Positions 1 to 10,594 are shown, counted from the stretch's first letter. The stretch is 64,000 bases of DNA from an uncultured Pseudomonadales bacterium (GCA_964607285.1 CAZSJW010000001.1:66514-130513); one strand, 5' to 3'. Numbers and translations are program-made. The notes: generated from the sequence alone by a model not told the origin.

Positions 1-685
1 TTTTCCACTCTATTCCCTTGCCCAATCCAAGCACTTCAAACACTATTACGGTTATAAGTGCAAAGAGCCCAGACCATTTTGTTGCCATTGCAAGTCCAGC
101 AAGTACTCCTACAGAAACTAGTGCTTTTGTCGAAACTTGCTTGGATTGAGTTACGCTGTCTGTCTTGTGTAAGGTAGGGTGTGATTTGGCATACCAAGTC
201 AGCACAAGCAAAATCATGAAAGTCACATGTATGTCATTCATGGCTATACGGGACTGTACAAGGAGTAATCCGTCCGATGCAGCGAGGAGGGCTGCGAGCA
301 ACGCGGTTTGCTCATCGCCTGAAACAGTTTTCGCTAGCTGTGCTGTCATGAAGACAACTAGGGTTCCAAAAATAACGGAACTAAATCGCCAACCAAATGC
401 ATTTTCACCAAAAAACCGTATGCCCAAAGCTTGGGTATACTTTGCTAGTGGTGGGTGCAGCCAATCTACAGCTGTGTTTGGTTCAACGGGTGCGTTCCAC
501 CATTCATATGCTCTGGGATCATTTCTTGATATCAGCTTTGAAGTCACACCATGATATACCTCGTCAAAGATGTATCCTTCAGGATTACTCAAGTTCCATA
601 CTCTAGAGAAAAAACTGATGGCTAAAATAACAAGTAGTAGCGTGCCATAGTACTGTTTTGACCACTCTGCGAGTTGTTTTACCAT
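1..685 (-). CDS. Dolichyl/polyprenyl-phosphate-mannose protein mannosyltransferase (PMT/GT39), 3' end runs off the window
   Basis: Not in ORF track; manual translation from ATG at 685: MVKQLAEWSKQ...RVWNLSNPEGYIFDEVYH...DWLHPPLAKY...FGWRFSS...VQSRIAMND...ATKWSG, which are the FDE, HPPLxK, GWR and KWSG motifs of PMT family. Confidence 0.85.
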   Translation of the reverse strand, partial: MVKQLAEWSKQYYGTLLLVILAISFFSRVWNLSNPEGYIFDEVYHGVTSKLISRNDPRAYEWWNAPVEPNTAVDWLHPPLAKYTQALGIRFFGENAFGWRFSSVIFGTLVVFMTAQLAKTVSGDEQTALLAALLAASDGLLLVQSRIAMNDIHVTFMILLVLTWYAKSHPTLHKTDSVTQSKQVSTKALVSVGVLAGLAMATKWSGLFALITVIVFEVLGLGKGIEWK

Positions 686-692
686 ATAGCTT

Positions 693-1658
693 TCAACTGA
701 GAACGTACAGGACAACCATGACTAGTACTCCAAATGAAAAAACTGTAAAAAGAAGAGGCTTGTCATTGAGCAGAACTCTTTCGGGTGATTCACCTTGATT
801 GTTTTCATACACAAGCTGTAAATATCGCATCACACCAATAATGACAAACGGTGTTGTTAGCATGAGTAGTTTCTGTGAATGCAGTGCTTTTGGCAGAACT
901 GAGTAAAATGTTTCTACTTTTAGATCTGGTTTACTCACTTCGTTTTGGAATGCAAATAATGCATATGTTAGCCAGGTAGAGTTTGCAAACATCCCTGTGT
1001 ACTGATCAAGCAGTCGTTGACTGTATCTTTTCAAGATTGCTCTTGTAGAGCCAAGTTCACTACCCTCACGTCCTTTGAGCAATGTTCGTTCGCTTTGTCG
1101 TTTACCAACCGCTAAAAAGAGAGATGCAGACAGAACAGTGAGTAAAAACCACACACTCATATGTAAGTTGACAACCACTGCACCAGCATAAATTCTAATT
1201 AAGAAACCAGATGCGATTGCAGAAACATCCAGAATTGGTATGTGTTTTAATTTTGTAGAGTACAAGATTTGTAGAAGAATATAAGAAAACGCCAGCAACT
1301 TGAAAAAAAGTGATAATGGAATTGAGAGCAGCATCGCGATCACAATAAGCCCAACGGCCATCATTTTTGCTAGTGGGAGTGGTAGTTCACCAGAAGGAAT
1401 TGGGCGTTTACGTTTGAATGGGTGATTCCTGTCTGCCTCAGCATCGATGATGTCGTTGATGAAGTAAATGCCTGATGTTAGGACAGAAAACACTACAAAG
1501 GCATAACTCACTAATATGAAGTAAGGATACCCATCAATGGGATCGTAGAAAAAGAAACCTGAAAAGACTAACGCGGCAAAGACTGCAAGGTTTTTTAGCC
1601 ATTGTCTTGGGCGAGCAGTTTTTATAATGGCAAGCAACAGGTGTATCGGCTGGTTCAT
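693..1658 (-). CDS. UbiA-family prenyltransferase, decaprenyl-phosphate phosphoribosyltransferase-like
   Basis: RPRQWLKNL, YFINDIIDAEADRNHPFKRKRPIPSG, LKHIPILDV, GKRQSE, GESPE motifs; multi-TM. Confidence 0.85.
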   Translation of the reverse strand: MNQPIHLLLAIIKTARPRQWLKNLAVFAALVFSGFFFYDPIDGYPYFILVSYAFVVFSVLTSGIYFINDIIDAEADRNHPFKRKRPIPSGELPLPLAKMMAVGLIVIAMLLSIPLSLFFKLLAFSYILLQILYSTKLKHIPILDVSAIASGFLIRIYAGAVVVNLHMSVWFLLTVLSASLFLAVGKRQSERTLLKGREGSELGSTRAILKRYSQRLLDQYTGMFANSTWLTYALFAFQNEVSKPDLKVETFYSVLPKALHSQKLLMLTTPFVIIGVMRYLQLVYENNQGESPERVLLNDKPLLFTVFSFGVLVMVVLYVLS

Positions 1659-2725
1659 TACGTTGCTTTCTGTGTTAGATGTATTGATCTAAATTTTGCG
1701 TAGATCAATACACCGAATACTAGTACAAGCACTAGCGCAATTGTAATCAGTTTTTGTAAACTATTCAAATATAGTGAAAGTATACCTAGTATTAGACTAC
1801 AACACCAGTAAAAAACTGCCACTTTCGGCATGCTCCAATTAAATACATCTATGAGCTTGTGGTGCATATGGCCTCGATCACCCCAAAAAGGAGATTTTCC
1901 AGCACGTATTCTGCGAATGATAGTAAAAACTGCATCAGCCGTGGGTAATCCAAGTACCATTAGAGTGGTCGCAACCTTTGCTCCTGAGAGTATTGCCAAA
2001 ATAGCTAAGAAGTAACCAGCCAATGAACCTGCTCCGTAGCCAGGCATGATTTTTTGAGGATACCAGTTCCAGATAAGTAAACCTGCGTACGCACCACTAG
2101 CGGCAAATGCTAACTGTGCCACGTTAAATTGAGTTGGATCATCAACAAATGATGCAGAAAGTATGCCAATGAAGATTAATGCAATGCTGACAAAGCCTGG
2201 CATTTGTCCAGGAACACCTTTTGACCAATTGACTATGTTCATGTTCCAGACAATGAAGAAAATAGCAAAGATATCAGCAAGAACCCAAAGTGATCTCTCT
2301 TCGCCTAAAAAGTTAAAAACAATTTTTGGCTCATCGAGATGAATGACACCTGGCCCAAATGGATTACTGATGTATGCAATTCCAATGCCTGATCCAACTA
2401 CAATTATTGCAGCTATAAAGCCTACTACCAGCCGAACAACTGGGTGAATATCTAACACATCATCAAGGAAACCAACAACAGTAAGTAGCAGCATTCCCAA
2501 GAGTATTGCTAGCAGATATGAGTCTAAATGGAGTAAGAAAATTGCAGATAGGAGTATAGCAATCGATACCACTAAACCTCCACCTCTAGGCACGGGAACA
2601 GAATGAGTTTTTTTTGCGTGTGGTTGCTTTTCTGGATCGTCAACCCAGTTATTAGCTCTATACAGTCGAATGACCACTGGTGCTAGTAGACTAGCAAAGA
2701 GAAAGCTGCAAATGAAGATTACCAT
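1658..2725 (-). CDS. Polyprenyl-phosphate HexNAc-1-phosphate transferase (WecA/TagO/MraY GT4 family)
   Basis: HSVPVPRGGG, GFLDD, WNWYPQKIMPG, DAVFTIIRR, GDRGHMHHKL motifs; the usual N-x-x-D-G-x-D-G motif is altered to NWSKGVPGQ. Confidence 0.85.
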   Translation of the reverse strand: MVIFICSFLFASLLAPVVIRLYRANNWVDDPEKQPHAKKTHSVPVPRGGGLVVSIAILLSAIFLLHLDSYLLAILLGMLLLTVVGFLDDVLDIHPVVRLVVGFIAAIIVVGSGIGIAYISNPFGPGVIHLDEPKIVFNFLGEERSLWVLADIFAIFFIVWNMNIVNWSKGVPGQMPGFVSIALIFIGILSASFVDDPTQFNVAQLAFAASGAYAGLLIWNWYPQKIMPGYGAGSLAGYFLAILAILSGAKVATTLMVLGLPTADAVFTIIRRIRAGKSPFWGDRGHMHHKLIDVFNWSMPKVAVFYWCCSLILGILSLYLNSLQKLITIALVLVLVFGVLIYAKFRSIHLTQKAT

Positions 2726-2734
2726 ATTCTGATT

Positions 2735-3112
2735 TTACAAAGTAATGTACGCAACTCTAAGCAGGGCAACTAGTAATAGTATTTGTTCGGCAAGTGTAAA
2801 CAATGAGAATACTTTTCCAAGTGTGCTACTCATTGACGCTACAGCACGTACTATCCACAGATGTCCAAGATTTATGACGAGTGAAATTGCGGGAATCGAA
2901 AATACCCATATCTTAGGTATAAGATGCTGGCTGGGTCGGGCTAGAGTGAATAGTAAAGGGATAACTGGCTGACCAACTAGGAAGTAGTAAATGCTTACTC
3001 CAATACACAATGCTGTGCATGCCAAAGCCGCGATCATAAATGGTCGACTCTGTGGTGGTAGATCCTTTGTCAGTGGATCGGTAAACTGAGAGTTTGAACT
3101 ATTTTGTTGCAT
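2735..3112 (-). CDS. Hypothetical 3-TM membrane protein (DUF1648-like IPL motif)
   Basis: ORF 2735..3166; ATG at 3112 (MQQNSS) overlapping the upstream stop is the more likely start. Confidence 0.55.
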   Translation of the reverse strand: MQQNSSNSQFTDPLTKDLPPQSRPFMIAALACTALCIGVSIYYFLVGQPVIPLLFTLARPSQHLIPKIWVFSIPAISLVINLGHLWIVRAVASMSSTLGKVFSLFTLAEQILLLVALLRVAYITL

Positions 3113-4673
3113 TACGTTTCCAGAGTTCGTAGTGAGAGTAGGATCGGTAAAGTCTATATTCTGCATGTAGCAGCTGTTTCAGTCCAGGTAGCTCACCACG
3201 TTCATCATACATACGAACAATGAATGGTGGTTTATTTTGTGTGATCTCTTCCATGGTTTCATCATACGCTGCAAAGTCATGGATGTGGAATGAGACAGTA
3301 AATCTTCCAGATGGGATAGTGTCTGACAATGCATAGAGAACTGGATTTGTTCCCCAAATAAACAGTTCTCCGTTGCCTTGCTCACGAATAAGTTTGGCTG
3401 CTTTGTAATTATCATCCATCAGTGGGTTGAACCAGAGGTTGTACTCTCCTAACGACTGTTGTCCAGATATGTAGGTGTACCAATTCTTGTAGTAGCTGAG
3501 TGTAGGGTAGGGATGTACATCAAGTAGTACGCCTACACCAAGTACACTTAGCAAGACAGTGAGTAGTGTTGAATAAACGATAGCTTTACTGGTTTTGGAA
3601 GTTGTTAGTATGGTTTCGGCAACACCTCCAAAGAGTAAGGCAAGTGGTGGTAATACTTGTAAAAAATAATGTGGATATGGGCGATTGGAGAGCAGACTAG
3701 CAAACAAGGCACACCAAAACCAAATCAATCCTATTGTCCAGAACTTTGGTATTTTTGCAGATAGTAACCAGGTGCTTCCAACTCCCAGAGCTAGCAGTAT
3801 AGTTTTTCCAGGCAAAGTAAAGATAGCTGAAAATATAGCATGAGAAAAACTTGGTTGCCATGTGCCTGCGTACCTGAAGTTGTAGAGTAAACCATAGTCT
3901 AAATATGCTTGACCGTGGCCGATCAAAACAAAGTAGAGTATTGATAGTGCAATTGGGATTAAGGCGCCAACTCCTATTATCATAATAAGTATGACAGCTG
4001 GCTTGATCTTAGTGCGAAAATCTGAGAATACTGATCGAACCCTTGGAAACTGCGTCAGCACCCCAATACACAGCCATGCTGCCATATCAAGAACTGCGGG
4101 TACTTTTGTCAAAATTGCTAATCCAAAGCTAACACCTGCAAGCAGTAAAAGTGGGTAGTCAACGAGCGGTCGTATTTTTCGCTGAGTACCTGCCCAGAAT
4201 GCAGATTCCAGAAGTAATAGTACACCTATCAGAACAAACCCAATCACAAACAATTCCCCATTCGGTATAGTTCCTTCAAAAGTTGGAAGCGAAATGAACG
4301 TGATGAAAGTTAGCGTGGTGAGAACCCAACTTGCTGTGTATGTAAATAACTTTTTAGAAATTTTAATCATTGCAGCTGTGGCAACCACCAGCCATGCTAG
4401 CATCAATACACGAAAGTGTAATTGAGTGCCGACTTGTGCAAACACATAAATTAACGGTGTCTTGTGATCAATGATTTCTGCGTACAATACTCTGCCTCTG
4501 TTTAGAGATTCTCCAAGCACTAAATAAATCGCTTCGTCTCCATACCAGTATGGCTCAAAAAAAGTAGGAATTCTCAGTAAAACAACAAGAGCTACCAAGA
4601 AAATTGGAAGCCTGTACTTTTCTAACCACAAATCTAGAGAGACCAGCCTTTGCCAAAGTGAGTGCATGTTCAT
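3099..4673 (-). CDS. GT-C fold glycosyltransferase (ArnT/PMT_2 family)
   Basis: EPYWYGDEAIY, LYAEIIDHKTPLIY, TK motif, ~12 TM helices and a soluble C-terminal domain. Confidence 0.8.
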   Translation of the reverse strand: MNMHSLWQRLVSLDLWLEKYRLPIFLVALVVLLRIPTFFEPYWYGDEAIYLVLGESLNRGRVLYAEIIDHKTPLIYVFAQVGTQLHFRVLMLAWLVVATAAMIKISKKLFTYTASWVLTTLTFITFISLPTFEGTIPNGELFVIGFVLIGVLLLLESAFWAGTQRKIRPLVDYPLLLLAGVSFGLAILTKVPAVLDMAAWLCIGVLTQFPRVRSVFSDFRTKIKPAVILIMIIGVGALIPIALSILYFVLIGHGQAYLDYGLLYNFRYAGTWQPSFSHAIFSAIFTLPGKTILLALGVGSTWLLSAKIPKFWTIGLIWFWCALFASLLSNRPYPHYFLQVLPPLALLFGGVAETILTTSKTSKAIVYSTLLTVLLSVLGVGVLLDVHPYPTLSYYKNWYTYISGQQSLGEYNLWFNPLMDDNYKAAKLIREQGNGELFIWGTNPVLYALSDTIPSGRFTVSFHIHDFAAYDETMEEITQNKPPFIVRMYDERGELPGLKQLLHAEYRLYRSYSHYELWKRNATK

Positions 4674-4700
4674 CTTTTCAGACCTCTACTCAGCTACTTA

Positions 4701-6212
4701 CTATACTTTTTCTGTCACTCGGTACTCCATATATTTTCCAAGCATTAACCGTGTATGTGCATCCATACCTGGAAGTGCTGAGAAAAAGAAGCCAATGATT
4801 GGGAATAGTAAAAATTCGAGTGGTTGTAAGATGTAAGAAAGTGGATTTCTACGATTGGGCCTTGGTGGTCTATTCAGTGCATCAATCACGAAAATGACTA
4901 CCATCGCAATCAAGGAAAAGGTGAGTAGTGTTGAAGTGACTTGTGGCAGAGTTTTTCCAAGAATGGTGCGGTTAAAAGACTCATTCAGTAATGGAGGCAA
5001 AAACGCTGAGATTGTGATTGCAAACCAGTTGACTGGCCAGAGGAAATGGTCCTCAATAGTTTTTAGGACGCGTGCAGTTTTGTCAAAGAAAGGGGCATCT
5101 TTTGCCATTAAGTATCCTTTGATGATGTACGCATCATCACTGACTCCCCATGCCCATCGTTTCAGCTGTTCATATTGATTGACCATAGTTCCCCACCAAG
5201 TACTTGCTTCAGCTGCATCTGAATAGATAGGTAAAAAAATTGGGTGAACTTCAAAATCACCTTTTTTTGCAAAGTAGGACTTAAAAAAGAGTCTGTAGTC
5301 TTCTGGAATAACATCTGTATCCCAGTAACCAATTTCATGTACGTGTTTGAGTGTGGTGGTGTACGTGGAAAAATTAATAAGTCTATCTCTGCGCATTAGT
5401 ACGTGCATCTGTATGACTGAGAACATGGATGCTAGAACACGAACTGGTGCTGGAACTCTCCATATATTGTTGTAAAAAACAATTGATCCTTGCCATATAA
5501 CATTATAAGGCTTTTCTATGGTAAGAAAATCTTGTGTTACAGCGGCAAAGTACTCTTTATGAAAAAGTGCATCAGCGTCCTCACTACTGATTGTGATGTT
5601 TTCAATAGGTATGTGTTGTTCATCAACCATTCTTTTTTTTGCTTGCTTTGCTCCCCAAGCCGTGTTTGAAGATTTTCCTTTTACTTCACCTTTGATGTCA
5701 GGATGAAATGTTGTCCAAAGGTTTCCGAAAGTCTTTTCAAACTGCTTAATGAGAGCCTCTGATTTATTGACTGCATCTGCACCTTCCCGCTCCTCAAATG
5801 AAAGCATTATATGCAAATTTTTAGTTGGGAAAGTTTGGTTAGAAAGAGCGGTGAGTGTTCTCTCAAGCGTTTTTAGTGGTTCTTGATAGGTTGGGATTAC
5901 AATACAATGATGAATATTTTCCCAATCTTTAAAGTGTCGCTGCTGTAGCTCTGCAACCCAGTCGTAGCGCATGGCAGCTTGAATTTTGAAGTGAGCAAGA
6001 ATTGCCAACACAGACATTGTGACTGAGCGATATAGCCAGTACACAGCAAAAATAATGACATAATATGCAACAATATCGGGGATGATGAGTGAACCCCAAA
6101 ACGGAAAAAGGATTAATGACCAAGAAACGAACCCAGGAAAAATCTCGAGTGCTCGCTGAGATTTAACAGGATATTTTTGTAGTAAATACCGTATGCGATC
6201 ACCAATGTTCAT
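4701..6212 (-). CDS. Membrane GT2-family glycosyltransferase (processive-type)
   Basis: IPTYQE, KGKSSN, DAD, IPED and QLKRWAWG (QxxRW) motifs flanked by TM helices. Confidence 0.85.
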   Translation of the reverse strand: MNIGDRIRYLLQKYPVKSQRALEIFPGFVSWSLILFPFWGSLIIPDIVAYYVIIFAVYWLYRSVTMSVLAILAHFKIQAAMRYDWVAELQQRHFKDWENIHHCIVIPTYQEPLKTLERTLTALSNQTFPTKNLHIMLSFEEREGADAVNKSEALIKQFEKTFGNLWTTFHPDIKGEVKGKSSNTAWGAKQAKKRMVDEQHIPIENITISSEDADALFHKEYFAAVTQDFLTIEKPYNVIWQGSIVFYNNIWRVPAPVRVLASMFSVIQMHVLMRRDRLINFSTYTTTLKHVHEIGYWDTDVIPEDYRLFFKSYFAKKGDFEVHPIFLPIYSDAAEASTWWGTMVNQYEQLKRWAWGVSDDAYIIKGYLMAKDAPFFDKTARVLKTIEDHFLWPVNWFAITISAFLPPLLNESFNRTILGKTLPQVTSTLLTFSLIAMVVIFVIDALNRPPRPNRRNPLSYILQPLEFLLFPIIGFFFSALPGMDAHTRLMLGKYMEYRVTEKV

Positions 6213-6302
6213 CAGGTTATTGTAGAGGTCTGGTATGCACTTGTGAAGGGCATGTGCGTGGCTCTATTGTATCAACTGATTGTTCTAACAGTAGAACTAA
6301 TA

Positions 6303-7160
6303 TTATTTTGTGGAGAACTGGGAAAAAATAGCGAGTGTATTGCTATGCACTTGTTCTAGATCAATAGCTAGCTTGTTTTGTATGAAGTGTGCAGTTTCCG
6401 TGATCATCCAAGGTAAGCAAGGTTTTCCTCGGTGAGTTTGAGGTGCCAAAAAAGGAGCGTCTGTCTCTAGTAAGATGCGATCAGTCGGTACTGAGGAGAC
6501 AATTTCTCGAATAGCGTGAGCAGATGGATAAGTAACATTTCCTGCTACACCTATGTACGCTCCAAGTGACACAGCCTGCTTGATGTACTCTAATGGTCCT
6601 GATACACAGTGCAAGATAAACGGTTGTGTATGGGAGGCATGTGACCTAAGAAGTGCAAGCATATCTGTATAGGCAGCTGTGTGGCCCATCTGGTCTCTGA
6701 CGTGTAAGATCAATGGTAATTTAAACTCCGTTGCTAATCTAAGCTGTAGGGCACAGACTGACTTTTGGTGATCCATGTATGTGTTTCGTACTTTTTCGTC
6801 TGTAGGTGGTCTAAAGTAATCCAGTCCCACTTCACCAATTGCCGCAATAGAATTTGAAGTACATAACGATCTAATAGTCTTTTCAATATTTTCTAGTGTT
6901 TGCGTCGTGAATTCTGCTGATAGTGTATTTAAATCCTCTGGTAAATCGTCGGTTGGATGAAAACCAACCGCGGCGATCAGCCTGTTATCTGAACGAACAA
7001 TATCCACAGCTTCGATGCTGGTTGCTTCGTTTACGCCAACAACAATTGCGCCACTGATACCTGCTTCCAAAGCAGTGTGCCAATGTTGTTTCCATGCTGC
7101 AATGTCTGCATCATCCCACAAGGGGGGTATGTTGTAATGACAGTGGGTATCAATGATCAT
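6303..7160 (-). CDS. tatD: TatD-family DNase
   Basis: IIDTHCH, AVGFHP, AIGEVGLDY, ILHVRD, ILHC, LLETDAPFLAP. Confidence 0.93.
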   Translation of the reverse strand: MIIDTHCHYNIPPLWDDADIAAWKQHWHTALEAGISGAIVVGVNEATSIEAVDIVRSDNRLIAAVGFHPTDDLPEDLNTLSAEFTTQTLENIEKTIRSLCTSNSIAAIGEVGLDYFRPPTDEKVRNTYMDHQKSVCALQLRLATEFKLPLILHVRDQMGHTAAYTDMLALLRSHASHTQPFILHCVSGPLEYIKQAVSLGAYIGVAGNVTYPSAHAIREIVSSVPTDRILLETDAPFLAPQTHRGKPCLPWMITETAHFIQNKLAIDLEQVHSNTLAIFSQFSTK

Positions 7161-8578
7161 GAGATCCTTGGAAAGAGTGGGGCGAGTGGAGTATGCGGGC
7201 TTTTTTCAAAGTGGTTTATGACCGTAGCAGCTGTTTTGGGGAGTACAGGCAGGATAGTGTGTGTGAGTACCAACAATCGATTCAAGGCTTCCTTTAGAAT
7301 TTTCTGCCTTTCAGAACCTGTTTTTTTCCATGGTGTGGTGGTACTCAGGTATCCATCTAACTCTGATAAGTTTGTTTTCCAACTATCAATGCCACGTTTG
7401 ATGTTGTAGTTATAAAAATAGGACTGTGAGTGGGCAATTGTACTTACAGTATTCAGGTTCGTTCCACTCTTAGGTTCACTCATTGCCCAGAGTTTAGCAA
7501 TTCGTGAGCAGAGATTACCATATCCATTGGATAAGTCTGCATTGTAAGTATTTCTAAACTTATCCCAGGAAACATCCATATCTGTACCAATTGGCCCCAG
7601 CTGCATAAGTAAATAGCGAGTTGCCTCAGTACCAAATGTTTCCACCAACTCTGTAGGCGCAATCACGTTGCCCAAAGATTTGCTCATTTTCTGACCATCC
7701 ACACTGATGAAACCATTAATCAAAATTGTTTGGCTTGGTGATACTCCAGCCGAAAGCAGCATCGCTTGCCACATTGCAGCTTGTTGGCGCAAGTTATCTT
7801 TACCTGCAATTTGTACCACTGGCCAGGATTTTTCAAATTGAGCTTTGTCAGTTGGCCATCCGATGGTTGAAATATAGTTAATTAATGCATCAAACCACAC
7901 GTACATTACATGATCAGCATCATCTGGCACAGAAATTCCCCAAGGCATCTTTTCTTTGAGTCTTGAAATACTAAAGTCTTGTAATCCCCCTTGCACAAAT
8001 GAGTGTATTTCCTTTTGCTTACCCTCTGGTAGTACAAACTCAGGGTTTGACTCATATAGCGTCAAAAGTTGTTTTTGATAGCTTGAAAAACGAAAAAAGT
8101 AATTTTCTTCATCTCGAACTTCAAGCTTTTTGTTTGGGTGTAATGGACAGCGGCCTTCAACAAGGTCTGAGGCTTGTTTTTCTAGTTCGCACCCCACGCA
8201 GTACTGGGTGCTGTATTGTTTTTTATAGATGTCACCACGAGCTTTGCATAATTTCCAAAACTCTTGGGCTGCAGCAATATGATGTGCATCTGTCGTCCTA
8301 ATAAAGTTGGTATAAGTAAGGGAAAGTAGATCTTTTAGTACTGCAAATTTGGCAGCATACTCATCGCAGTATGCTTGTGGTGATGTGCTTGCATCTATGG
8401 CATTTTGATAAATTTTTTGTCCATGTTCATCAGTTCCTGTGTTAAAGACAACTGATTCGCCTGCAAGCGAATGTGCTCGGCAAATAACGTCCGCTGCAAT
8501 GATTTCCATGGCGAAGCCGATGTGTGGCTCAGCGTTGACATAGGGAAGTGTAGTGGTTAGGTAAAAATGTTTTGGCAT
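7157..8578 (-). CDS. metG: Methionine--tRNA ligase (short form without C-terminal tRNA-binding domain)
   Basis: YVNAEPHIGF (HIGH), TGTDEHGQKI, CVGCE..CPLH knuckle, YVWFDALINY, KMSKSLGN. Confidence 0.96.
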   Translation of the reverse strand: MPKHFYLTTTLPYVNAEPHIGFAMEIIAADVICRAHSLAGESVVFNTGTDEHGQKIYQNAIDASTSPQAYCDEYAAKFAVLKDLLSLTYTNFIRTTDAHHIAAAQEFWKLCKARGDIYKKQYSTQYCVGCELEKQASDLVEGRCPLHPNKKLEVRDEENYFFRFSSYQKQLLTLYESNPEFVLPEGKQKEIHSFVQGGLQDFSISRLKEKMPWGISVPDDADHVMYVWFDALINYISTIGWPTDKAQFEKSWPVVQIAGKDNLRQQAAMWQAMLLSAGVSPSQTILINGFISVDGQKMSKSLGNVIAPTELVETFGTEATRYLLMQLGPIGTDMDVSWDKFRNTYNADLSNGYGNLCSRIAKLWAMSEPKSGTNLNTVSTIAHSQSYFYNYNIKRGIDSWKTNLSELDGYLSTTTPWKKTGSERQKILKEALNRLLVLTHTILPVLPKTAATVINHFEKSPHTPLAPLFPRIS

Positions 8579-8756
8579 TTTATAGATAGACTATAATTAT
8601 AGCAGTGATTCTGGTTTGCTTGGGAGTAGTGAGCCTTCCTAAATGTTATATGTTAGTAATTGCTTGATAAATGATAAAAATGGAGTATATCGTTTGGAAT
8701 TATGGTACAAGTAGGAAACGTCGTTACTGTACTGTATGCTTTCGTATTGAATATGT

Positions 8757-9281
8757 TTAGTTTCTCAAACGTCCATTGAGTGCCAATTTTCCAACTTCAA
8801 AACACACAAATACTATACTTGCAGATAGAAGAATCCACCAATCCAATACGACATGTTGCAGCTTTAATGCAAGCAACACACACAGAAGTGCACTCACTCT
8901 AACTCCTCTTCCCGTATTCATAAAAATCCAAGTCAGTGCCCAAAAATTTCCCCAGAGAACAGCTGTCTGCAGGGGAATATAGCTGTACGGCACAAGCCAG
9001 TGGGCTATTTTTTCAGGAGAAATGTTTGTTACTATATTAAACACTACCAAATAGCCTGGAATGGCGATGAGGAGCAGGTATGCACTGCGAAGTCTCCTGG
9101 CAAGAAAAGTATGTAGTGTCTGGGAACTGTGCTTAGGTTTTCCTGAGCTGAAGTGACGATTCCTTTTAGTTGTTTGCAGTGACGTGGTAAATTGACCTGA
9201 ATGAGCATTTTGATTGACCTGTCCCAAAGCTCCTTGTAGTTCTGCGATTTTGCTGGTCGTCAGTCGTGACTTTGCGCTCAT
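8757..9281 (-). CDS. Hypothetical membrane protein, basic N-terminus plus ~4 TM
   Basis: ORF 8757..9302; ATG at 9281 chosen; no family recognised. Confidence 0.55.
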   Translation of the reverse strand: MSAKSRLTTSKIAELQGALGQVNQNAHSGQFTTSLQTTKRNRHFSSGKPKHSSQTLHTFLARRLRSAYLLLIAIPGYLVVFNIVTNISPEKIAHWLVPYSYIPLQTAVLWGNFWALTWIFMNTGRGVRVSALLCVLLALKLQHVVLDWWILLSASIVFVCFEVGKLALNGRLRN

Positions 9282-9291
9282 GGTACTTTCC

Positions 9292-9299
9292 AGTATACT
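9292..9299. promoter_or_regulatory. Palindromic AGTATACT giving a TATACT -10 element on both strands between divergent genes
   Basis: 6 nt upstream of the rmuC ATG (9306) and 10 nt upstream of the ATG at 9281 on the minus strand. Confidence 0.5.
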
Positions 9300-9305
9300 C
9301 AAACT

Positions 9306-10433
9306 ATGACAATCAGCCTAGTTGTGGTTTTGCTGTTAATTTTAATTGGATTTGCTGTCCTGTATGTAGCTATTAAGCAACTGGTGGTACAGCGTTCTGA
9401 ACAACAACTGATGGAGCTTGTTGACAGAGCTTTTGGCAAAGCAGCACCAGCTGTTGCCGAGCAAGCTAGGCAAGTACTGCAAGGTGAAAAGGATATTATA
9501 AAAAATGACTTGGAAAATAAACAACAGTATTTTGAAAAACTAGTTAAAACGTTCCAGGAAGATATTAAACAACGTCAGCAAGAGATCCGCACGCTTGAGC
9601 AAGACAGAGTAAGCAAGTTTAGCGAGTTGCAAAAAACACTCGAGCTACAAACAAAAACAACTGCTGAGCTCAAGTTAAGCACTGAGCAACTTTCTAAAAT
9701 CTTGTCTAATAACCAGCAGCGGGGTGAATGGGGGGAGCGTATTATTGAAGACTTGCTTAAGGCAAATGGGTTGATTGAGGGTATTCACTATGAGCGTCAG
9801 AAGCAGCTGGCTGGTGGCTCATTTCGACCTGACATTGTATTGATTTTGCCAGATTCCAAGTATGTAGCTGTTGATGTGAAGTTTCCACTTAGTGCTATGC
9901 AAAAGTTAGCTGTTTCAGAAAATAAAGCCCAGACAGCAATTCATTTGAAGCAATTTGCAGTAGATCTAAAACAAAAAATTACTCAAGTTGCCAAGTACAT
10001 CAACCCCGAACTGCAAACGCTTGATTATGCAATCCTGTTCGTGCCAAATGAGATGGTATTTTCATTCATCAATCAGGAATTACCTGAAATGATTGATGAA
10101 GCTCTACGTAGAAGAGTGTTGCTGGTTTCTCCATTTACGTTCTTGATTGTGGCTAGAACTGTAATGGAAAGTTATCGCAACTTTATGCTTTCTGACCAGC
10201 TGCGCGGTATGTTGCAGGCACTGGATGAGTTTGTGGGTGAATGGGGGAAGTTTAGGGAGGGGTTTGAAAAATACGGTCGGAGTCTGACTACATTGCAATC
10301 TGACTATGAAAAAATGACTCAGACAAGATTTAGACAACTTGAAAGAAAAATTGAAAAAATTCAAGGGTTGCCACCGCTGGTTGTAGAGGTAGCTACGCCT
10401 GACAACCACTTACTTGATGTAACTGAACAGTAG
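9306..10433 (+). CDS. rmuC: DNA recombination protein RmuC
   Basis: N-terminal TM, coiled coil, RGEWGE, RPD, VDVKFP, DYAILFVPNE, VSP motifs. Confidence 0.92.
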   Translation: MTISLVVVLLLILIGFAVLYVAIKQLVVQRSEQQLMELVDRAFGKAAPAVAEQARQVLQGEKDIIKNDLENKQQYFEKLVKTFQEDIKQRQQEIRTLEQDRVSKFSELQKTLELQTKTTAELKLSTEQLSKILSNNQQRGEWGERIIEDLLKANGLIEGIHYERQKQLAGGSFRPDIVLILPDSKYVAVDVKFPLSAMQKLAVSENKAQTAIHLKQFAVDLKQKITQVAKYINPELQTLDYAILFVPNEMVFSFINQELPEMIDEALRRRVLLVSPFTFLIVARTVMESYRNFMLSDQLRGMLQALDEFVGEWGKFREGFEKYGRSLTTLQSDYEKMTQTRFRQLERKIEKIQGLPPLVVEVATPDNHLLDVTEQ

Positions 10434-10594
10434 TTATAAGTTTTACTAGGATATTTAGTGCATCTGTGTTATACTGACGGCCTATAGCAATTTGCTTTGT
10501 TGATTTTGAAGATCTCAATCTAGTTTATCGTTGATAGTTTTTATAGTTCGTGTTCATAGTGTTTACTCTGTGGATGCCTTGCAGAAAGGTTTGT

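Noticed and set aside
165-606. Plus-strand ORFs 165..554 and 397..606
   Set aside because: Antisense to the PMT gene that runs off the left edge
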